Positions 38,795-47,279 of a DNA stretch of 64,000 bases are shown here, piece by piece. The position numbers were made by a program, and so were the translations under genes. The notes below the pieces were generated by a model. That model did not search any database. It was not told the origin of the DNA and saw only the letters and a list, made by a program, of their open reading frames with translations. This DNA is from an uncultured Candidatus Saccharibacteria bacterium. GTDB taxonomy: Bacteria > Patescibacteriota > Doudnabacteria > UBA920. The stretch's first letter is position 1. Each line of letters opens with the position of its first letter. The DNA lies in assembly GCA_964416765.1 (NCBI GenBank), contig CAYQEU010000001.1:65675-129674 (forward strand), read 5' to 3'.

Positions 38795-38886
38795 ATCTTT
38801 GTCCTCCTGGACGGGTATTTGCCTGAAGTATGCTCCTGACGGGTATTTTAGTCAAAAATAAGCCCAAAATCCTCTAGATACTCCCC

Positions 38887-38915
38887 TTGACAAAACCCTT
38901 CAAATGGCGTACAAT
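38887..38915 (+). promoter_or_regulatory. Sigma70 promoter upstream of a non-coding structured region
   Basis: TTGACA-17-TACAAT. Confidence 0.8.
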
Positions 38916-38920
38916 GCGCA

Positions 38921-39112
38921 GTTACGTCTTTTTGGGCGTAATTTAACAACTTATTTGCCGCACCGGAAATTACTTATAATTTAGCCGGGTTGCCGCAAAT
39001 CATATGCTCCTAATCTCGGTAATTCGGTTTGGGGGCGCTTAAAAGGCCATGCCACAGGAATAATATTTACTATGATTCTCATGTCGCGTGGCTTTTTATT
39101 ATGCCCAAAAAG
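38921..39112 (+). ncRNA. Putative structured ncRNA or long rpmF-nusB leader
   Basis: 15-bp 5'-3' closing stem 38928-38942/39098-39112 encloses three hairpins; no ORF longer than a few codons. Confidence 0.55.
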
Positions 39113-39121
39113 CCCTTCTCA

Positions 39122-39150
39122 TTGACATTTTCGGTAAAATCCAGTAAAAT
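39122..39150 (+). promoter_or_regulatory. rpmF promoter
   Basis: TTGACA-17-TAAAAT. Confidence 0.75.
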
Positions 39151-39181
39151 AGCGATATTGTCTTTAATAATACTTTAAGAA

Positions 39182-39349
39182 ATGGGAGTTCCGAAAAAGC
39201 ATAAGACCCGGTCCGGCCGAAACCAGCGGCGCAGCCATCATGCCTTAAAGCCAAAATCTTTGGCCACCTGCAAGAACTGCGGTAACGCAACCATGCCGCA
39301 CTTACCTTGTCCGAACTGTGGTTACTACAAAGGACGCAAAGTCACCTAA
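39182..39349 (+). CDS. rpmF: 50S ribosomal protein L32 (zinc-ribbon type), not in the ORF track
   Basis: [23 protein letters not shown]...CKNCG....[14 protein letters not shown]. Confidence 0.96.
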   Translation: MGVPKKHKTRSGRNQRRSHHALKPKSLATCKNCGNATMPHLPCPNCGYYKGRKVT

Positions 39350-39399
39350 ACGCTTTGCGTTTTTTATTTGTGTTATGATATAGCTAATTCATATCAACT

Positions 39400-39876
39400 A
39401 TGGCCAACCGACATTTGCTCCGGACAGTCGCCATGCAGGCGCTGTTCGAATGGGATTTCAACAAAAAACAGGAAGACCTCACCGAAGTAGTCCATAAACT
39501 TTTGGGTGAGTTTGCGGGCGGGGTAGAGGACCCAGAGTTCGCGCTTTCATTGGCGACCGGTGTGCGAGACAACATTAAGGAAATAGATAAGATTATTGCC
39601 GAGACCGCTCCCGAATGGCCGGTAGAGCAAATCACCGTGGTGGACCGCAATGTCCTGCGCGTGGGAATTTACGAATTGATGTTTTTGAAAGATGTGCCGC
39701 CAAAAGTGGCCATAAACGAAGCCGTGGAAATGGGGAAGATATTCGCTGGCGGCAACTCAGGAAAGTTTGTTAACGGTGTGTTGGGAACTTTGTACAAGAA
39801 AATGACTGGGGAAGAAGCAGAGCCGGACACGGGTGAGCAAAGTGAAGAAAGTGATAAAAAAGAAACCGCCGAATAG
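39400..39876 (+). CDS. nusB: Transcription antitermination factor NusB
   Basis: [41 protein letters not shown]. Confidence 0.97.
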   Translation: MANRHLLRTVAMQALFEWDFNKKQEDLTEVVHKLLGEFAGGVEDPEFALSLATGVRDNIKEIDKIIAETAPEWPVEQITVVDRNVLRVGIYELMFLKDVPPKVAINEAVEMGKIFAGGNSGKFVNGVLGTLYKKMTGEEAEPDTGEQSEESDKKETAE

Positions 39877-40038
39877 GCGGTTTTATAAAACCCTAGGAAG
39901 GCATAAATATCATAATAGCAAAAACCCAAATTGTAAATCTCCTGTAACTATAGGAAAAACTTCGCGTTTAATAATATGAATTGAGCTCTTATACTAATTA
40001 TATTTTGATCACTCAACTTTAAGTAGTATACTTGTTTT

Positions 40039-40146
40039 ATGAGTTCTGATTCACACCACAAAAAGCGCCGCTACACCCCTTGGCAATGGGTGGAAGTAAT
40101 AATTGGCGGAATTATCCATTATATAGGACGTACTTTCTTGGATTAA
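40039..40146 (+). CDS. Putative leaderless small protein (35 aa)
   Basis: TATACT-N6-ATG; MSSDSHHKKRRYTPWQWVEVIIGGIIHYIGRTFLD*. Confidence 0.45.
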   Translation: MSSDSHHKKRRYTPWQWVEVIIGGIIHYIGRTFLD

Positions 40147-40212
40147 TTTCCCTTTATTTGTGCTATACTTGGTAATACCAACTTATAATTAACTAACTTC
40201 CACAAGCACTTT

Positions 40213-40497
40213 ATGAACAAGTCCGATTTGATAGAACAACTTGCCGCGAAGCTGTCCGTGACTTACTCGGAAGCCGAACGCATGTTGAATACATTTATAA
40301 ACTTGGTATACGAAACCCTGAAAAATGGCGATAAGGTAAACATCAGCGGGTTTGGTCAATTTAGCGTTTCCCACCGCGCGCCGCGTATTGGCGTTAACCC
40401 CCGCAACCCGAGCCAGAAGATCCAAATTCCAGAGTTGAACACGCCGAAATTCCGGGCCGGAGAAGCTTTTAAGGACGCCATCAAGCTCCGTTCCTAA
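40213..40497 (+). CDS. hup: HU family DNA-binding protein
   Basis: MNKSDLI, GDKVNISGFGQF, R.GVNP, PKFRAG..FKD. Confidence 0.95.
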   Translation: MNKSDLIEQLAAKLSVTYSEAERMLNTFINLVYETLKNGDKVNISGFGQFSVSHRAPRIGVNPRNPSQKIQIPELNTPKFRAGEAFKDAIKLRS

Positions 40498-41042
40498 CCT
40501 GTTTTTGTAAACATATTTAAAGGCCCTTGCTGTGAAGCGTGGGCCTTTATTTCGTTTAGCGCCGCCGGGAGGAGCAGGTTGCCCTTAAAGTCCTCTAAAA
40601 CCTTTTTCAGGTCGGGGTGCTGTTTTCTAAAGTGCATCTCAATTTCCATGTCTACCGCGCCGAAAGCTTCCTGAAGGGTAAGCTTTTTTTCGAGCTTAAC
40701 ATCTTTCGGGTCGCTAAACTCCATGGTGGCGGGAGAAAAATCTTTCAGTCTGAGGGCGGTCAGCGGGGCGTCATCCCACTGGGCGATTACGGGGCAGGGT
40801 AGCGGGGCAGGAATCGCCGTCTTGGCGGGTTTCTGGTTCGGGAGTTGGACGGTGAGCTTGTGGGCGCCCCCGAATATGTATTCCCAGACTTCCAGCTTTT
40901 GGCAGGCACCGCCGGTAAAGCGGTACTTTTTATGGACGTGGGAATCGGGCGGGTCAGTTAGGATAACCCAGGTGCGGGTTTGGGCAGTGGCGCTGAAATG
41001 GAAACAGATGCAAAAAAAGAACGCCGTTATTGTGGCTTTCAT
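40494..41042 (-). CDS. Hypothetical secreted protein
   Basis: AGGAGGT RBS; signal peptide MKATITAFFFCICFHFSATA. Confidence 0.6.
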   Translation of the reverse strand: MKATITAFFFCICFHFSATAQTRTWVILTDPPDSHVHKKYRFTGGACQKLEVWEYIFGGAHKLTVQLPNQKPAKTAIPAPLPCPVIAQWDDAPLTALRLKDFSPATMEFSDPKDVKLEKKLTLQEAFGAVDMEIEMHFRKQHPDLKKVLEDFKGNLLLPAALNEIKAHASQQGPLNMFTKTG

Positions 41043-41082
41043 ACATGACCTCCTGTGGGGATGGTCTAATTGTAGTGAAAAG

Positions 41083-41718
41083 CTAAGCTGCCTGTAAAAT
41101 TTCCAGAATTTCTTCCGGCTTGCTGACTACGGCAGTAGGGCGGTTTTGCTCAAGAATGTGCCTGGTATTGTAACCCCAGTCCACGCAGATTATGTCCATG
41201 CCGGCCTTTTTGGCCGCTTCTATGTCCCGAGCTTCATCCCCAACGTAAACCGCTTCCCGCGCGTCGTAGCCAGCGTCTTTGATTAACCTTTTCAAAAATT
41301 TATCTTTGCCAAAAGGGCTACTCCCGCAGTAGAGGTAATCAAAAATATCGATATCATTTTTTAGTAAAAACGCCTTTACGTTTTCTTCCAGGTTGGTGGT
41401 TAAGATGGCCTGCTTAAAACCCGCTTCTCGCGCCTGGTACAGGAGGTCTTTCATCCCGGGCTGGGTGTTGAGGCTGGCCACAATATGCTTAACTTCTTTT
41501 AAGACGCGATGGAGAAGCCGGGGCGCTTGGTACAGGTTTACGCCCAACTCTTTGAGGACAGCGCGCGGAGTTTGGCCACGCAGAGCTTCCAGTTTGGCTT
41601 CGGTGACGTATTTAAAGCCTTTCTCTTTGGCTATCTCATTGTATGTTTGAATAGCCATGGCCAGGCTATCGGCAATGGTCCCGTCGAAATCATAAATTAT
41701 GATTTTTGTTTGGGTCAT
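41083..41718 (-). CDS. HAD-superfamily hydrolase (phosphoglycolate phosphatase-like)
   Basis: YDFDGTIADS, ILTTN, YVGDE.RDI.AAK.AG, WGYN. Confidence 0.92.
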   Translation of the reverse strand: MTQTKIIIYDFDGTIADSLAMAIQTYNEIAKEKGFKYVTEAKLEALRGQTPRAVLKELGVNLYQAPRLLHRVLKEVKHIVASLNTQPGMKDLLYQAREAGFKQAILTTNLEENVKAFLLKNDIDIFDYLYCGSSPFGKDKFLKRLIKDAGYDAREAVYVGDEARDIEAAKKAGMDIICVDWGYNTRHILEQNRPTAVVSKPEEILEILQAA

Positions 41719-41764
41719 TTATAAAAATTGGCCAGATACAATCTGGCCGAGAAATTCTATCTAT

Positions 41765-41839
41765 TGGAGCGGGTAGGGGGAGTCGAACCCCCATCATCAG
41801 TTTGGAAAACTGAGATAATAACCGCTATACGATACCCGC
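41765..41839 (-). tRNA. tRNA-Gly(TCC)
   Basis: Reverse complement GCGGGTATCGTATAGCGG...TCAGTTTTCCAAACTGA...GGTTCGACTCCCCCTACCCGCTCCA. Confidence 0.96.
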
Positions 41840-41850
41840 GGAAATTGTAG

Positions 41851-41927
41851 TGGTCGGGAACCCGGGACTCGAACCCGGAACCTCTCGCTCCCAAAGCGAG
41901 CACTCTAGCCAATTGAGCCAGTTCCCG
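41851..41927 (-). tRNA. tRNA-Pro(TGG)
   Basis: Reverse complement CGGGAACTGGCTCAATTGGCTAGAGTGCTCGCTTTGGGAGCGAG...GGTTCGAGTCCCGGGTTCCCGACCA. Confidence 0.96.
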
Positions 41928-42001
41928 TTAATTGAATAGCCTGCGTATTATAGGCTATTTCACGGCTTTTTTCAAGCGTGACTAGCTGATATAATGAATA
42001 T

Positions 42002-42433
42002 ATGACAGATAACCTGGATCCAAAAACTCCGTTTCAGAAGATTGTCCCTAAACCATGGGGGCATGAAGTGATTTTCGCGCCGGAAAACCTGAGCTATACC
42101 GGGAAGATTGAAGTGATAAATGCCGGAAAAAGGACTTCACTACATTACCACGAAGCGAAGCTGGAAACTATGGTTTTGGTTTCAGGGAAAGCCGTTTTAT
42201 GGCTGGCGGATGACCAAGGACAGATTGAGAAGATCCAAATGGAACCGCAAAAAGGCTATACCATACCTCTGAAGCAAGTACACCGCTTTGAGGCCATCGA
42301 AGACTCCATGATCATAGAAGCATCGGAACCAGAGAAGGGGACAACGGTCCGGGTGGAGGACGATTATACTCGATCCAACGAGGATGACGAGACCCGAAAA
42401 GACCCCATGCGGGGGTGGAGCGGAGAGGCCTAA
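42002..42433 (+). CDS. Cupin domain protein (mannose-6-phosphate isomerase type II C-terminal-like)
   Basis: KPWGHE, SLHYH..K.ET, HRF, R.EDDY.R. Confidence 0.85.
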   Translation: MTDNLDPKTPFQKIVPKPWGHEVIFAPENLSYTGKIEVINAGKRTSLHYHEAKLETMVLVSGKAVLWLADDQGQIEKIQMEPQKGYTIPLKQVHRFEAIEDSMIIEASEPEKGTTVRVEDDYTRSNEDDETRKDPMRGWSGEA

Positions 42434-42533
42434 TTTTTGACATCTAGCCCACATTTGCTATAATTCATATATCAGTTTTCTAAACCCCCCCTAGTTCTGT
42501 AATAGGACCTAGGGGTTTATATTTACAACCAAA

Positions 42534-43070
42534 ATGAGGGAAAATTTGGTAATTTATGATGGGAGCAATTTCTACCATAGGGCCAAAAAGCTTGCACCTT
42601 ACTTACATTTAACTAATTTCAACTATCGTAAGCTTGCTGAGCTGCTTACAAGGAGTTTGCAAAATGACATTGAATATTGCGTTGGCGAAATAAAGCCCCA
42701 AGCGTTCGCTGATCCAAAGGCTTCAAGATTATATTCAAGCCAGCAAAAACTTTTTTATAACCTGCATAAGCAGGGGATTGTTGTTAAAAAAGGTTTTATG
42801 ATGAAACAAGGGAATTTTTATCATGAAAAGGGTGTTGATGTGCGCATAGCCAGCGACATAATTAGGGGCGCTTTAAAGGATGAATATAATACATGTTTTG
42901 TAATATCGTCAGATAGTGACGTACTTCCTGCCATCCAGGAGGCAATTGCATCTGGTAAAGAAGTGGTTTATGTTTGCTTCGATCGCAGTGTGGTTAGTAG
43001 GGCGCTATTTAGTAACTGTTCCAGAACCATTCAAATCACCGAAAACCTCCTAAAAATTTGTTCAGGCTAG
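42534..43070 (+). CDS. NYN domain (LabA/DUF88, PIN-like) putative RNase
   Basis: YDGSNFYH, EKGVDV.IA.D, ISSDSD..PA; own promoter TTGACA-16-TATAAT at 42437-42464. Confidence 0.88.
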   Translation: MRENLVIYDGSNFYHRAKKLAPYLHLTNFNYRKLAELLTRSLQNDIEYCVGEIKPQAFADPKASRLYSSQQKLFYNLHKQGIVVKKGFMMKQGNFYHEKGVDVRIASDIIRGALKDEYNTCFVISSDSDVLPAIQEAIASGKEVVYVCFDRSVVSRALFSNCSRTIQITENLLKICSG

Positions 43071-43072
43071 GT

Positions 43073-43649
43073 TTGACAAAATAGGCCATAGTTATCATAA
43101 TACATGTATCAGTGACCTGAGTGTCATAATATCTCATATCCGACCGAGAAATCACTAACTTGAAGCACAACCTTATATAGCACAATAAAAGCCGAAGCTT
43201 GAATACAAACTAACCTTATATATGGGTCTTTTGTAGGCAATCTTCGGTTTTTTATGGCCCGTGGGTTCAATAGTCTGAACGCCCACGACGCTTTTAAAAA
43301 GCCGCAAAAAATGGTGTAACGAACAGGTTTCCTGGCCGTCACATTATTTGCTTCGGGCTTTTTAGCCGTTAACTAAAAGGTGCTCAAACTAAGATTTAGG
43401 TAGTATTGATTTTCATCTATTGCCCAAATTCTAGTGGCTCCTTGGTCGAACTTTTAGTGCTTACGCGACTAAAAACATAAACCCGACAGCCGCACTATAT
43501 TTATGCCCAACCTCTGGGATAACTCTAGAGATCCCGGAAAGTAACATAAGATGGGGCGTTATAACCAAATCAATTAATATTTTCTAGAGTCTATTGATTA
43601 TATCAATTGAATAATCAATACCACAGATTCTCTGAAAATGGAGTTACAA
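43073..43649 (+). promoter_or_regulatory. Promoter and ~540 nt structured 5' leader (or ncRNA) upstream of the S-layer-like gene
   Basis: TTGACA-17-CATAAT, followed by at least six hairpins and no convincing ORF. Confidence 0.6.
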
Positions 43650-46600
43650 ATGAGTTCTTTAAGAAAACTCTTTGCTGTAGGCTCTACCGTTGCTATGTTG
43701 GCAGCTGGTCTAGTTATGCCGGGCTCTGCTTTGGCAGCCGCTCACGGCGCTGGATCCGTTGTTAAAACTACCGATGGAACCATCTGGTTCATCGATAACA
43801 ATGGCATGCGTAGTGCTTTCACTTCCGCAGGCGCCTTCCAGAGCTATGGCTTCTTGTCATTCTCTCAGGTAGTCGACGCTAACAGCGACGACTTAGCCTT
43901 GCCAACCGGTCCTTTCATTGCCCCTCGCGATGGTAGCATTTTCTGCGCCACCGCTACTAAGGGTACTGATGTAGCCGGCGAATGTTCCTTAATGACCGGT
44001 GGTATGAAAGCTGCTTTCACCAGCGCTTCCGTATTTTCTGGCCTTGGATTCTCATTCTCTCGCGCCAAATATGGTGACTCTTCCTTCGTTGCGAAGACCA
44101 GCAATATTGGCAACACTTCTGATGCCCACCGCCCAGGTGTCTTGGTAAACAACCACGGCACTGTACAGTTGGTTGGTACCTCCTCCTTGTTGGGTATTCC
44201 GTCAATCGACGTATTCAACAGCTGGGGTTACTCCTTCTCTGATGTAGTACCTGCAAACGGTGCTGATCAGGTTATCCCTCAGTCCGGCGTAATGGTAGCT
44301 CGTGTTCCTGGCCAGCTGAACCCATCTTTCACTAGCACCCCTCAGAACGGCCAGATGTCCGTAGCTTTGGCTGGTGACAACCCGGCTTCCGGTACTGTTG
44401 TTACCACTCAGGCTGCTGCTGACTTGGCTCACTTCAGCTTCACTGGTAGCGGCACCGTTACCGGTTTGACTTTGCAAAGAATCGGCGTATCCGCTGATGC
44501 TTCTTTGAGCCGTGTTTACTTGTTCGATGGTTCTACCCGCATTACTGATGCTGCATCTGTTTCCTCTGGAAGCATGATCAACTTCAGCAACGCATCCGGT
44601 TTGTTCACCGTTAACGGTTCCAAAACCATTTCTGTTCGCGCTGACCTCAACGCACAGTCCGGGGAAACCTTGGGCGTAACCTTGAACAGCGTTACTTTGA
44701 TGGGCGGCGGCTCTGTTACCGGCGCTCCGGTTGCCGGTAACCTTATGACTGTAGCTTCCGCTAACTTGGCGGCTGTTACTTTCGGTACTGTTACCCCTTC
44801 CAACACTAACCTTGACCCTGCAAACGACCAAGTTGTATGGCAGAGCACTGCTACCGTTGCTACCCGCGACGTATGGCTGACCCGCTTCGCTCTCCGCGAA
44901 ATCGGCTCTGTTAACTACAGCGATATCCGTAACTTCCGTTTGTACGTAGACGGTACCCAGGTTGCCACTCAGAGCAGCTTGGATTCCAACGGTTATGTAA
45001 CCTTCGCTTTGAACAGCCCTTACAAATTGATGACCGGTTCCCGTGTTATCAAGGTTATGGCTGACATTGTTGGCGGTTCTTCCCGCACTGCTACCTTCTC
45101 GGTACGCAATGCAGCTGACATCGGTTTGGTTGATTCCCAGTACAATGTTGGTATTGCTACCGGTACTGCTACTCCAATTGCAGCTGGTACTATTTCCATC
45201 AACCAGGGATCTATCACTACCCAGAAAGCCCCCGATTCTCCGTCCAGCACCGTTACCTTTAACGGTTCTGACCAGACTTTGGCTAAGTACACCCTGACTG
45301 CTTACGGCGAACCTATCCGCATCGACACCCTCGGCGTACAGGTTCTTTACACCGCAGTCAATGGTTCTGCTGTTGGTTCTGTCCGTAATGGCCGCATCTT
45401 GATTAATGGTGCACAGTATGGTTCTACCACCAACATTTCTACCTCCGGTACCACTACCTTCACTGTTAACTACACTGTAACCCCGGGTTCTCCGGTAACT
45501 GTTGAAGTTCGCGGCGATGCGTATGATGCTGATGGTACTCCTACCTTAGCGGCTGGTGACCAGTTCCAGGTTCGCATGATTGCTGGTTCTTCCAACGGCC
45601 AAGGTACTGTTTCCGGTAACGTTGTAAACGTTCCTACTACAAACACTGATGCTAATGTAGTTACCGTAGCTTCTGGTTCTCTTTCTATCGCCAAGACTTC
45701 TAACTACACTAACCAGTCCACTGTAGTTCCTCAGACCGCTTACAAAATCGGTTCCTTCCAGGTAACCGGTTCTAGCACTGAGGATGTAAACATCAACACC
45801 ATTCAGGTTGATTTCTCAACCGTAACCGGTACTACCTTCGCTGCAAGCAAATTGAGCAATGTATACATTGTTTATGGTGGTACCCGTGAATCCAACACCA
45901 AGTCTTCCGTTACTGCTACTGGTAACACTTGGTCTGTATCTCACACCTTGGCTAAGAGCACCTCTGTTCAAGTTGATGTATACGCTGATATCGCTTCCGG
46001 CATCACTGCAAATGATTCCATCAAGAGCAGAATGTTGGTTAGCGGTACTACCGCTCAGTCCGGTCAGTCTGTAAGCACCAACACCGGTTCAGTATTTGAT
46101 GGTCAGACCATCACTTACGCTGCTGGTAGCTTGGCTTCCGCTTTGGATGCCTCTACCCCTGTCTCCAAGATTTTGGATGACAATAGCACCACTACCGTAG
46201 CTGCGTTCCGCTTCACTCCGACCAACGACTCCTACACCATGACCGACTTGACTCTGACCTTGGCTGGTTCTACTACTGTTCAGTCTGTTGACTTGATCAA
46301 CAACGGTACTGTAGTTCAAAATCGCCCGGTTGGATCTGGTAATGCTGTAGTATTTAGCGGTATGGGTATCCAGTTGCCTGCCAACCAAGCTACCGTGTTG
46401 AGCTTTGCTCTCCACCTTGGTGCCGTTGGGCAGAACGCCGGTACTTCCGGTGAAGCTGTAACCGCAACTTTGACTTCATACAAGACAACCAGCTCAACTG
46501 GTACAACTGCTACTGTCACTCCTGGCACTGCAGCTAATGCTATGTATGTATACAAGTCAATCCCGACTGTAACTAACTCCACCTTGCCTTCCAGCCTCTT

Positions 46601-47135
46601 GGCTGCTGGTACTCAGACCTTGGCTAAGACTACTGTCTCCACCAACGGTACTGGTACTGTAAGCGTTGCCCAGATTACCTGGACTGTAAGCAAGACCAGT
46701 GCACCTACCTTGGCCAGCTTCGCTGTCTACGATGGTGACACTAACACTGCTATCGCTGGTACAATCACCAGCACAGGTGCAGCTGATGTTACTGGCAGCA
46801 CTCCGCTTGCTGGTACCTTCAACGCTACCTCTTCCGGCGGTAAGGTTGTATTCACTCCTACCTCCGAACAGGAAATCAGCGGCGCTAAGACTTTTGTCTT
46901 GAAGGCTACCGTTGGTGGTACTTTGGTTACTGGCGATAATGTAGTTACTACTATCGCTCAGCCGTCTAGCTACCACACTCCTGCTGCTGCTACTACCATT
47001 GAAGGTTTGGGCACCGCTCCTTCCTTCGTATGGTCTGACGAGTCTGCTGTACCACACAGCTTGGCCAGTCTTGACTGGAACAATGACTTCTTGGTAAAGA
47101 ACTTGCCACTTGATGGCCAGACTCTGACTAAGTAA
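43650..47135 (+). CDS. Major secreted surface protein, S-layer-like (N-terminal repeats, then tandem beta-sandwich domains)
   Basis: Signal peptide ending ALA; three N-terminal G..V...F.S...F.S.G..F..V repeats; Thr/Ser/Gly/Val-rich; strong codon bias (GCT/ACT/GGT/TCC) suggests high expression. Alternative start at 43638. Confidence 0.72.
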   Translation: MSSLRKLFAVGSTVAMLAAGLVMPGSALAAAHGAGSVVKTTDGTIWFIDNNGMRSAFTSAGAFQSYGFLSFSQVVDANSDDLALPTGPFIAPRDGSIFCATATKGTDVAGECSLMTGGMKAAFTSASVFSGLGFSFSRAKYGDSSFVAKTSNIGNTSDAHRPGVLVNNHGTVQLVGTSSLLGIPSIDVFNSWGYSFSDVVPANGADQVIPQSGVMVARVPGQLNPSFTSTPQNGQMSVALAGDNPASGTVVTTQAAADLAHFSFTGSGTVTGLTLQRIGVSADASLSRVYLFDGSTRITDAASVSSGSMINFSNASGLFTVNGSKTISVRADLNAQSGETLGVTLNSVTLMGGGSVTGAPVAGNLMTVASANLAAVTFGTVTPSNTNLDPANDQVVWQSTATVATRDVWLTRFALREIGSVNYSDIRNFRLYVDGTQVATQSSLDSNGYVTFALNSPYKLMTGSRVIKVMADIVGGSSRTATFSVRNAADIGLVDSQYNVGIATGTATPIAAGTISINQGSITTQKAPDSPSSTVTFNGSDQTLAKYTLTAYGEPIRIDTLGVQVLYTAVNGSAVGSVRNGRILINGAQYGSTTNISTSGTTTFTVNYTVTPGSPVTVEVRGDAYDADGTPTLAAGDQFQVRMIAGSSNGQGTVSGNVVNVPTTNTDANVVTVASGSLSIAKTSNYTNQSTVVPQTAYKIGSFQVTGSSTEDVNINTIQVDFSTVTGTTFAASKLSNVYIVYGGTRESNTKSSVTATGNTWSVSHTLAKSTSVQVDVYADIASGITANDSIKSRMLVSGTTAQSGQSVSTNTGSVFDGQTITYAAGSLASALDASTPVSKILDDNSTTTVAAFRFTPTNDSYTMTDLTLTLAGSTTVQSVDLINNGTVVQNRPVGSGNAVVFSGMGIQLPANQATVLSFALHLGAVGQNAGTSGEAVTATLTSYKTTSSTGTTATVTPGTAANAMYVYKSIPTVTNSTLPSSLLAAGTQTLAKTTVSTNGTGTVSVAQITWTVSKTSAPTLASFAVYDGDTNTAIAGTITSTGAADVTGSTPLAGTFNATSSGGKVVFTPTSEQEISGAKTFVLKATVGGTLVTGDNVVTTIAQPSSYHTPAAATTIEGLGTAPSFVWSDESAVPHSLASLDWNNDFLVKNLPLDGQTLTK

Positions 47136-47179
47136 TCTAACTTCCAAGTCAGGCAGCTTCTAATAGCAATATTAGACTT

Positions 47180-47209
47180 AAACCGCCCCGAGCAATCGGG
47201 GCGGTTTTT
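47180..47209 (+). terminator. Intrinsic terminator
   Basis: AAACCGCCCCGA-GCAA-TCGGGGCGGTTTTT. Confidence 0.88.
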
Positions 47210-47279
47210 GAATATCCAGCAACACTTTTTCTTAAATTAGCGTTTTGATATAATAGGAGAACGTTATTAACCTTTTTTA

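Noticed and set aside
43124-43342. 72-aa minus-strand ORF in the S-layer leader
   Set aside because: No start signals or recognisable composition; + strand RNA structure explains the region better.
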